The notes under the pieces were generated by a model that saw only the letters and a list, made by a program, of their open reading frames with translations, had not been told where the DNA came from and made no database searches. Positions 12,547 to 22,107 of a stretch of 64,000 nucleotides of DNA are shown here, one piece after another (the first letter of the stretch is position 1; each line of letters opens with the position of its first letter). The DNA is taken from NCBI GenBank assembly GCA_043228905.1, contig JBHGNT010000013.1, forward strand, positions 10,912,001-10,976,000. The letters run 5' to 3'. The DNA is from Azolla caroliniana (taxonomy: Eukaryota > Plantae > Polypodiophyta). The position numbers and the translations under genes are program-made.

Positions 12547-13035
12547 TGTTAACCGTTCTGCTGGAAACACCTTCGATATGCCTACAAGCTATCGGTATCA
12601 AGGGAAGTGTAATCGTGAGGACTTGTGCACGGAGGTGTCGTTAGAGGAAGAACACGAAGAGCATACCCGGAATAGATCCTGGGTCGTATACGTAGTTGAG
12701 ACCTTAGAAACGATGACACACAAATGAAAACAACAAGAGCTAATAGATATGTATTACTGCAATAGTTAGCGATGATTACAAAAACACGGCCCACAGCCGG
12801 TAGCCTTACAAAGCTATTATAACTATGAAACGACCTCGTCTAGGCTCTGGATATCTCTCCCTTGCCGAGGTACGCAGACCTTGGTTTATATACTTCTTTT
12901 CCTTCATACAACGCCGAACGGTCGACTGACTGTGAGACTCAAAACTCGGAATTTTACCTAACTCTCCCTTACCTACTCGCCTTACTTCCGGCGTATTACA
13001 TTTAACTAATTTCTATTTTTGGCCTATGGACAACA
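12547..13035 (-). repeat. 3' LTR of Gypsy-B
   Basis: Direct repeat of 26705-27193. Minus-strand TATATATAAA near 12884-12893 is consistent with minus orientation. Confidence 0.95.
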
Positions 13036-13037
13036 CC

Positions 13038-13054
13038 TGGCACACCCGTGGGAC
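13038..13054 (+). promoter_or_regulatory. Inverted tRNA-Arg-like primer-binding site in place of the PPT (Gypsy-B)
   Basis: TGGCACACCCGTGGGAC, 2 nt from the LTR end; no purine tract on the element sense strand here. Confidence 0.75.
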
Positions 13055-13150
13055 AAGACTTTGTCTGTCGGACCCACGGTTCACCATGGATTTAACAAAA
13101 CCACACGAATTACAAAAATTGCCCGTTCCTACCGGGCTTAGAGGTTGGTT

Positions 13151-15042
13151 TTATTCTTCTTCCAATATGTCGAGGATATCCTCGGGGGCATGGGGTTGGG
13201 CTGGTTGCTTGGCAGGTGGGGTTGGTGATGGAGGTGGTGTTGCCGAGTTGGGGATGGCGGTGTCGGCGTATGTGCCCTCCTCTATTGGGACCAATTCAAG
13301 CAGGGTCGGGGTTATAGTCTGTGGGTTCGGTGGGATGTGGTCGTCGGTAGGAGCAGGTTCCTCTGGTCTAGCTGCCGTGGGGAGTGACTCGGTTCCTTGC
13401 TCGGTGTTTGTGGGAGCTTTGTGACTCCCGGTAGTGAGTCGTTCCTCCTCGTACGCTTCGGCTTCTAAACGAAACACCATTAGATCGTCGTTGAATTCAG
13501 CACTCGGGCTTGGGTTCGGAAGAGTGGCTGGTGAGACAGCTTCACTCGGCGCAGGGAGGATTAAGGGCGGTTGTTGCTGCGTGAGTGTCGCCAGTTTCTC
13601 CTCGGTGGCTTGCCATAGGTCGGTAGCCCGTTTGGCTTGTTGATGTGCCGTTTTGATACGTAGGGCCATGTCCTTGGCTGCCCGAGTAGTGTGGTGTAGA
13701 TTGCAATATGCCTCAACTAAGGCCATGTTCAGATCCGGTAGTTCCATGAGAAGTGAAGCATTCTGTACTTGCTTCTTCCGTCCTATCTTTTGTAAGGCTC
13801 GATCCTCATGAGGTTCGATTTCACCCATTAGCGCGTGTTGAATCATCTTTGTTTCAGCGTGCTCCTCGGTCATACGAGTGGCGGCAGCTACTTGGGCGCG
13901 CGCGAGGAAATCCATTAACTCATAAGTTGTGCCCAGTCGAAGTAGGGCACTGAACTCGTATGCCTCCGCGGGGAGATCTTTATACCCGAGGACTTCCTCC
14001 TCTGATATCTGCGTGGTTTGGCCATGCTCAATCATTCCGACTTGGATCCATGACTCCGCTAGTACTATGTCCGTGGAGGGGGGGCTAGCCTCTTTTGATT
14101 TCTCCCATTGGTCGCCTTCGGTTTCTGTGGTTGCTTCTCGAATGATACGACGTCTTTTTGGCGACTGGTCCTGCGTGTCCGGGGCTGGTGGTGTTGGCTC
14201 CTCGGCCTGTTTCCTCTTCTATTGCCGGGTGGCCGAGGGATGCTGGCTTGTGGGTCGTGGGCTCGGTTGTGGAGAGGTCATTGATGTCCTTGGTGGCCTC
14301 TGGCGTATGGTGACATCCTCAGGAATGGCCTCCTCGGCCTCATCCCATTCAACACGGGTTGCTGTTACCACCCGTTGTCTTTGTGTTTTTGGTGGGAGTG
14401 GGGCCGAGGCGGAAGCGGGGTTCCGAACGCCTGAGGGAGGTGGAGAAGACGAGGAGTCTTCCCATTCTTCTTGAGTTATCTCCAAAATCTGCCCGTGTTG
14501 TTTCCGTGGTGGTGGTGGAGAGATCAGGATGCGACGAGGGGAAACCGAAGGAGGTGGGTAGAGGACTGCAAGGAAGTGGTTGATCACAAGCAACAGACGC
14601 TTACCGGTTTGGAAGGATTCGAGCGCCGCACGGATTCCTTCGCCTGTGATGATTCCCTAGTCGATTTTGTTTCCCTTGTAAGCACTGATAATGATCGCCG
14701 CTTTGCTATGTGGCATACTGGTAGGGTTGGTATGCACGAACGCGTACTCCATTAGGATGCGAGCAAGGTCCTGAATGCCTTGTTGGATCCACCGTAGGTG
14801 CGGTAGGCTTTACCAGATATGGAATACGCACCAAAGTATTCCTTCAGGGTCGTGGAAGGGGGAATCTAGACCTCATGATCACCTCCTCATTTCAAGTCCA
14901 AGGCAGCATGAATCATATTGTTGGTGAATGTGTCCGGGTGGATTCGTCGTGCGCTTGCAGGGGCATCGATCACCTTTAAATAACCACCTAATCCTCGTTC
15001 CAGAAGCCAGGAGCGGGTTTCCTATGAAGCTACAAGAGGCAT
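13151..15042 (-). pseudogene. Extra ORF of Gypsy-B (conserved N-terminal domain, Pro-rich linker, helical region, acidic tail), disrupted
   Basis: Pieces MPLVAS*ETRSWLLERGLGG, EYFGAYSISGKAYRTYGG, ARILMEYAFV...KID*GII, ORFs 14219-14593 and 13151-14035; homologous to 57764-60703. Confidence 0.8.
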
Positions 15043-15559
15043 ACTGAACTCGGGGTTCTCTTGTGTGGAGATGGTTGTGGTGCGGCAGCGGGGCTACGAG
15101 GGCAAGAGAGGGCTTGTGAGCAAGAGCGGTGGGAGCGATGAACGCGTTGAGAGCGAGAGGAAGCTTGAGAGCGTGGGAGCGATGAATGTTGGGTGTGCAA
15201 GAAAACGTGTGTGTGTGGAGTGGGCTTGGGGTAACTGTTTTTTAGGAAACGCCTAGGGTTTTGTGCATGAAGAGGAGACTAGAGATTCTTAGGCGTGGAT
15301 GCCATAATAGGATATTATAGCCACGTGTCCTAGGGAGTTAGTGCTTCGCCTTGGATGTTGTGCATGTGCCTTTAAATACTAAAGTCAATGTGAAAGTGAC
15401 TAACCTGATGTGATTTGGGTGAGGTGGTAGGTGGTGTAGGTGGAACTAACTAATTGCTAAAACTATGCCTAATCCTACCTAATGTCTACTTTGGAATGTT
15501 GGTGGGTTCTTACCGAGGGGGACACGTGGCCTCCTTCGTGGCCGTGTCCGTGCCGTGAG

Positions 15560-16631
15560 ACTCGGCGAAAGGGTTGGCTGGGGTATTTCCCTGGTACGGT
15601 CGTAGTCGGAATCCATTCACCCAACTTTTGACAATTTCCCCGGCGAGGGTGCCGAGCTGGAACGTGCCGTTAAACTCGTCAATAATCCAGAAGGGGCCGG
15701 TCCATCGAAATCATAACTTTCCTGGCATAACACCGAGTCGCGTCTGGAAAACGAGGACCGGTTTGCCTATGGTCAGTTCTTGTTCCAATCCCTTACGATG
15801 TTGGTCCACAAAGGCTTTCCGTTGGCGTTGGCACTGTTCAAGTTGGGCCATGCTCACTACTTGGTCATTGCCAAGTTCAAGGAGTTTTTCCAGCTACAAT
15901 TGTTTGGATTGGGCCTCGGGAAGTCGTGCTTTAACTTGCACTCAGAGACTCGGAACTTGGAACTCGATGGGCATAATGGCTTCTAGACCAAAAGCCATCC
16001 GAAAGGGGGTGGCTTGAATGCTCGTTTTGAATGTCGTGCGATAAGCCTACAATGCACTCTGGAGCTTGTCGTCCCAATCGGTGCGGTTCTCGTTGACGAT
16101 CTTCTTCAGGATTGTTTGGAGAATTTTGTTAGTCGATTCTGCCAATCCATTAGCCTGCGGGTAGTATGGTGTGCTTTTCTTATGTACCACTGCATAGTGA
16201 GTCGTAAGCTCGCGTATTATATGGTTTATAAAGTGCCCACCTTGGTCACTAACGAGCTCAATTGGACATCCATAACGGCACCATCGATGTTCGTACACGA
16301 ATTTGGCCGTGGATGCTGCCGTGTTGTCTCGTAAAGACTGTGCCTTTGTCAGGAACCCAACGTTTCCCTTATGCGCGACGCTCGGCCACAACCGAGCGTA
16401 GAATGATACACAGAAAACGGGAAATAAAACACGACACAAAGGAGAGGAAGATACACACACACTACGCAGGAGGTTTACGTGGAAAACCCCAAACTAGGGG
16501 AAAAACCACGGCAGTCCACAAGCTGCAAACTGTCACTATGTAAGAATGTACAAAACAGTGAGTCCACGGAGGCAACGACCTCGTGCTCACGATCTTTGCC
16601 ACAGGTGGCGGTTACAATAGAGGCAACGACC

Positions 16632-16662
<31 letters not shown>

Positions 16663-19600
16663 GTACAGTTACACACTCTGATTTCGTGCAAGACAGAAAT
16701 TGACCAACAACACTAAAAGTTTGCCCTAAGTCATATTTATACTAATATGACTTTTCGGCTATTTACTAATATAGCCTCGATGGGCTCTCAGAAACATATT
16801 TACGAATATGTCTCCTCCTCCGGTTCTCACCGGGCCTGCATCATCCGGCTCTCCGTAGCCGGGTACTCCTCATCCGGTTCGTACCGGGCCTGTATCATCC
16901 GGCTCTCCGTAGCCGGGTACACCTCATACGGATTCGGCCTCGGCCGAATTTGTTTGTCGGCACTGTTATTCTCCCTTCCCATCCGGAGGGACCTGTCTCC
17001 CAACAGCCTTGACCCATTTTGTGCAGTAGTCCATGGCGACGATGATATACTTAATACCGGTTCGGGCCACGGCTAGTTTGAAGGGTTCCACAAAATCTAA
17101 CCCCCATTTTTGAAATGGTTCCAATGGAAGAATGGGTTGGTGTGGCATTCGAGCTTGTTCCATCGGCTGTCCCAACCGTTGGCACAAGTCGCACTATCGG
17201 CAGAACTCATGGGCATCCTTTTTCGTTGTAGGCCACCATAACCCACTCTGCCATACTTTCCTTGCCGTGGACTCTCCAGCGTAGTGTCCGCCGGCGATTC
17301 CGAGGTGGGCCTCTTGGAGGATGGCCTTCTTCTCGAATTGTCGAATGGCCCGACGCCATATTCCGTCCGAATGTTGGAAACTAGAGTCCAAAAGTTGCGA
17401 CTACGTACTGCGAGTCGTTTCCGTACATCGAGGGCCATGTGGTCGAGAGGCAAGCTAGTACTAAGGAAATGGGTCATCTCAGTGATCCATTCTTCTTCTT
17501 TGTCGTCGGGTGGCGTTGCGAGATGAAATAAGCCGGCATTGGGTAGATCGTCATACGTGGGCTCGGCAGGGTCTCCTGACTCGAGGCGGCTTAGGTGTCA
17601 GCAACGGCGTGTTGAACTCCGGGTCGATGCTGTATATGAAAATCAAACTATTGTAATAGGAGCATCCATCGAGCCAATCGACCTGTCAGGGCTTGTTTAT
17701 TAACCAGGTAAAGGAGGGTCGAGTGATCGACGTGAAAGGTGAATTTTCGGCCTAAGAGGTAATGCCGAAATTTATTGATGTTGTAGATCATACTGAGGGC
17801 CTCTCATTTGGTGGTTGAATAGTTCTTTTCCGTGGCCAAGAGACATCGGCTAGCATAATACATTGGCTGATACCAATTTGGGGGCATGCATTGCATAAGT
17901 GCGCTCCCGATGGCAATATCTGATGCATCCACGAAGACGTGAAAAGGTTTCGACCATCTCGGGGGTTGTACAACTAGGGCATGCGAGAGCATTAATTTCA
18001 ATCCTTGGTAAGCCTCGTCCTCGATTGACGTCCATTGAAAGGGGAGTCGATGCATCGCCGCGTGTAGTGTTGTCGCGAAATCGGCTAGGTGGCATATCAT
18101 CCGGCTGTGCCATCTTATTTGTCCCAGAAATCGGCTAAGGCCTTTTGCGTTCGAGGGTGCCAAGGCTTTTAGGATGGCTTGTACTTTATCCGGGTCCATG
18201 GCGATACCTTCTTGACTGACGATGTGGCCGAGTAGGTTGCCGCTTGTGACCAAGAACGCGCATTTTACCGGGTTTAAACTTAACCGAGCCTGGCGACATC
18301 GATCAAGACAGAGACGTAACTGGGTCATGTGTTCCAATCGCTAACCATATACGGCGAAGTCATCGAGAAAGACTTGCATGAACATCGGGATATACTCGTT
18401 AAAAATTTCGGTGATGATGCGTTGGAACGTGGTCGGCGTTGTTTTTAAACCGAACATCATGACTTCTGCCACGAAAACACCCCATTCCATGACAAATGTT
18501 GTTTTCTCTTGATCATCCGGGTGCATTCTGATTTGGTTGTACCCACTGAACCCGTCTAGAAAGCTGTAGCATTCATGACCTGCCACCGTGTCGAGGACAC
18601 TATCCATAAACGGGAGAGGGAATCCATCTGTGACCGTTGCAGTATTAAGCTTGCGGTAGTCCACACAGACTCGGATTTTCCCGTTTTTCTTGGGGACGAC
18701 TACAATTGGGCTTAACCATGTGGTGCGTTTTACCGGTCGTATGAACCCGACTCAGAGGAGCTTGTCTATTTCTTCCTTGACCTTAACCGCATAATTGGCG
18801 TTCATCTGGTATCATCTTTGCTGAACCGGCCGAGCGTTCAAGAGAAGGTGGATCTGGTGTTGGTAGTATTGTGGGTCCAAACCCTTCATATCCGTGTAAG
18901 ACCATGCGAATACATCCTAGTAATCGGTGAGTAAGTGGATGAGGGCTGCACGTTTGCTGGCTGGTAAGTTATTAGCAATCTATAGGGTTCGAGGGGTCTC
19001 GTTTGAACCGAGGTTCAGTGTTTCGAGCGTTGATGCCTTCACTCGTTGGGAGATGACGAGTTCACGTTCAAAAGCGTCCCGAGCGTGTCGTAATTCGGCA
19101 ATGGTGGTGGGATCGGGCTCATCCTAGGGAGGTGTATTTATCGTGACCTCCTCATCTAGAGGTGTGCCAACGGCCGACATGGCGTCAATTTCGAAGAGAG
19201 GTATGATAGTGGGATGGTCTTCTAGGAAGTCGTCCACCTCGTCATCGGCTAATCCATCGAGCATGTGTACCCCTTCCGCGTATAACGGCGAGGTGTTATG
19301 GGGCGTGGTTACGCATTCTTCGGTTATGATCCGGACCCTGGTCTTTCCTCGACGAAACGAGATCATGTTGTGCTGCCAATGTTGTTTGATATTTGTTGTG
19401 CACAACCATGGTCTGCCCAGTAACATTGGGTAAGCCCCCTGTGCTTCGAGTCGTAAGAAAACGGCCGAGATAGTGAACATGTGGCCTCCTAGAGTAAAGT
19501 CGAGGTGGCGGATTAATCCAATGGGGCGAACCGATCATGTGTCGGCCATCTGAAGCCAAAAGGGACAAGGTTCCCATTGATTCAGGCCGAGTTGATGACA

Positions 19601-20331
19601 GGTAGCCTCGCTAATGACATTCACGCCAAAGCCGTCGTCGATTATGCACCTGTGCAGGTCCTTCCCTTTAATCATAATTTTTATGGCTGGATTCTACGCA
19701 TCCATGAGGGGTGGACCCGTTCCTGGCTTGGTCAGGTGCACAGGTGGTGCAGTGGAATGGTTGTTGGCTGTGAGTGAAGCCAAGGTGTCCCGAAAACACG
19801 GCATGAGTGGTAAGAGTTTATGCAGAGGCAAGCAGATCCTGGAACTGGTAAGAGCATCCCACAACTGGTCATCTTCTGCCGCCGTGGATGGTGCTGAGGA
19901 CTGTGATGCTCCGATGGTCATGTCTCCCATTTCCGTGTGCATCCGCACCACATTGTTTTCGCTGGCCGTATCCATCCATTCTTTGGCTGCTTGCCGGACT
20001 TCATCCTGAACTTGCCATGGGGTAGCCTAGGTTTTGTTGCGTGTTATGACGTTTTGCACGTCAACCATAATACTATTCACGGCAGGAGCCGTTCCACGGT
20101 TTGTTGTTGGGCATTGCGTAGCGTAGTGACCGGGTTGGTTTCACTTGAAGCAGGTAACGTCGAACGAGTTGCTGGTGCCAGCCCGGTCCGTGTGTGTGGG
20201 GGGGTCTGGTTGATTCCTAGCCTCGTGTGTTTGTGGGTTGGTCCAGGGCGCATTCGAGCTGCGCGGTTCATTGTGCGGTGGGTCCCGATGATGGTTGTCG
20301 TTATTCCTTCGGTTATTGCGCGATCCTCGGG
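15560..20331 (-). pseudogene. gag C-terminus and pol of Gypsy-B, disrupted and interrupted by a solo LTR
   Basis: Zinc knuckle near 20110-20160; protease (IIDDGFGVNVI, LLGRPWL); RT ORFs 18341-18664 and 17804-18337; integrase 17097-17477, 16047-16346, and the WTGPF motif near 15690. Confidence 0.9.
16347..17005 (-). mobile_element. Solo LTR inserted in Gypsy-B integrase
   Basis: TGTCAGG...CCCAACA flanked by perfect TSD GCCTT (16342-16346, 17006-17010). Homologous to 28194-29089. Minus-strand TATAAATA near 16735-16742. Confidence 0.93.
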
Positions 20332-20621
20332 TGTCATAACTAGACGCGAACCCATAACCTTTTGTTACACGGGTCGAGACTTTACCATTAGGTTATGAAT
20401 TGTAATTTGAAGGATATTATTTTCATTTAGGTTTTATTAGGAAATTGATGTATATTCCAGATTCCTCTGGAACATTCTAGAAACTTCAGGAGTATTCCTG
20501 AAGACACTATAAAAGGAGGCGCAAGGCATTAGTTCGAACCAAATCGGTTCAACGCCAGTCTTAAGCCTTCTAACCACTGTTGTATATCTTCCTTCATATA
20601 ATACATATATCTTTCGCATCA

Positions 20622-20665
<44 letters not shown>

Positions 20666-20798
20666 ACTCATTCCTTCTCTCAAAGTTCGACACCTCTCAT
20701 AGTACTAATCCTTCTCTGTCTTAGTACTATTCCCCGACAATAGTACTAATCCTTCTTTTAGTACTAATTCCTTCTCTGCCTTAATAGAGTTCCTGACA
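20332..20798 (+). repeat. 5' LTR of young chromovirus
   Basis: TGTCATAAC...CCTGACA; TATAAAA at 20508-20514. Confidence 0.97.
20470..20502 (+). promoter_or_regulatory. Heat-shock-element array in chromovirus U3
   Basis: GAAcaTTCtaGAAacTTCagGAGtaTTCctGAA: alternating nGAAn/nTTCn pentamers directly upstream of the TATA box. Confidence 0.7.
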
Positions 20799-20800
20799 GT

Positions 20801-20812
20801 TTGAACCGATTT
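20801..20812 (+). promoter_or_regulatory. Self-priming PBS (Tf1-type)
   Basis: TTGAACCGATTT is the exact reverse complement of AAATCGGTTCAA at 20541-20552 (predicted transcript 5' end, 33 nt after TATA start). No TGG tRNA-type PBS is present. Confidence 0.85.
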
Positions 20813-20898
20813 TCGGTGCCTGTCTGGTTTTTTCTCTCCCTCTTCCTTCTGTCTCCCTCCTTTCCTATTAGTCTCTTATTCCCCTTTTCCTTCATCCC

Positions 20899-22068
20899 AT
20901 GGCCACCGTTAGCGCTGAAGAGTATCAATCCGTTTTCTCGGAATTCCAATGCTTGAAAGAGAAGTTTCATGCTTTGGAACAAGAAAATCAACGCTTGTTG
21001 GGGGATCTTCAGCAAATTTCCTTAGAAAAGCAACAAACGCAACAACAGCATGGGGAACTTGCGTTACGCGTGCAACAACTCGAAGCAACCATCGTAGCAA
21101 TGCAACAACAAGGGCACGGAGCACAAGGGATTCATAAAGAACCCAAGATTGGCCTTCCCACGAAGTTCGATGGAACGCGATCGCAGTTTAGAGGGTTTCT
21201 TAACCAGGTACGGTTAGTTATTCAAATGCATCTGTCCCGATATCCCACCGATGCATCACGAGTGGGTTTAGTAGGCACGTTGTTAAATGGCTCAGCATTA
21301 GCATGGTTCGCTCCGCTACTAGAAAAGGAATCTCCTGTACTAAATAATTTTGAAGAATTCATAAGTGAGTTTAAAGCATGTTTTGGAGATACTGACAGCA
21401 TAAGGACTGCAATCAATAAAATCCGGCGATTACGCCAAGGTGACCGTCCAGCCTCCGCATATGCTGCAGATTTCCGCCTACTCGCCGCCGATATCCCCTG
21501 GGATGATCAAGCATTGATGGAGCAGTTCCGCTATGGTCTACGCAACGATGTCAAGGATTTACTCTTGACTTTCCCTGAAGAGCCAAAATCATTAACAGAA
21601 GCAATCAGTCGAGCGGTCAGATGTGACAACCGCCTCTTCGAGCGACGTTCGGAACGACAATTTCAGATGCCGAGGGCAAGATCCGAGCCTACCTATGCCT
21701 CAGTGGTAGCGAAACCTTTTCAAAGGGAGTCACATAATGCGCCTCCAGTAAGTACTCCAACTCCAATGGAAATTGACACTACACGTCGTCGTGGGCCGCT
21801 ATCGGAGGAGGAAAAGCAACGACGCCGAACAAACCGATTATGCCTTTATTGCGGTGGACCAGGGCATATCGCGATAAACTGTCCCCATAGACCAAGAAGG
21901 CAGGTAAACCAAGTCGTTGTTAGTTCTGACTATACTAAACCCGAGTCTATTTCAGTAGGAATCTCTGATAGTCCTCATAGTCATAATAGTCCTAATAGTA
22001 CTAATAGTCCGAATCTCGCAAACAAATTTGATATCCTTAGCCAATTAGAAGAAGAGTTAAACGACTAA
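20899..22068 (+). CDS. gag: Gag of chromovirus (coiled coil, capsid domain, CCHC knuckle)
   Basis: 389-aa ORF: PTKFDGTR, LRQG, PTPMEID, CLYCGGPGHIAINC. Confidence 0.95.
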   Translation: MATVSAEEYQSVFSEFQCLKEKFHALEQENQRLLGDLQQISLEKQQTQQQHGELALRVQQLEATIVAMQQQGHGAQGIHKEPKIGLPTKFDGTRSQFRGFLNQVRLVIQMHLSRYPTDASRVGLVGTLLNGSALAWFAPLLEKESPVLNNFEEFISEFKACFGDTDSIRTAINKIRRLRQGDRPASAYAADFRLLAADIPWDDQALMEQFRYGLRNDVKDLLLTFPEEPKSLTEAISRAVRCDNRLFERRSERQFQMPRARSEPTYASVVAKPFQRESHNAPPVSTPTPMEIDTTRRRGPLSEEEKQRRRTNRLCLYCGGPGHIAINCPHRPRRQVNQVVVSSDYTKPESISVGISDSPHSHNSPNSTNSPNLANKFDILSQLEEELND

Positions 22069-22107
22069 GTCCAGCCAAAATAGGAGCCGTTTGGTTGGAC
22101 AGCCCTA
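22056..22107 (+). promoter_or_regulatory. -1 ribosomal frameshift signal
   Basis: Slippery G TTA AAC (22056-22062), 6-nt spacer, 11-bp stem GTCCAGCCAAA (22069-22079) / TTTGGTTGGAC (22090-22100). Pol is open in the -1 frame from the slip site. Confidence 0.8.

Noticed and set aside
20332-20398. Functional tRNA gene in LTR
   Set aside because: A/B boxes are present but the D and anticodon arms do not form a convincing cloverleaf; reported only as a tRNA-like module.
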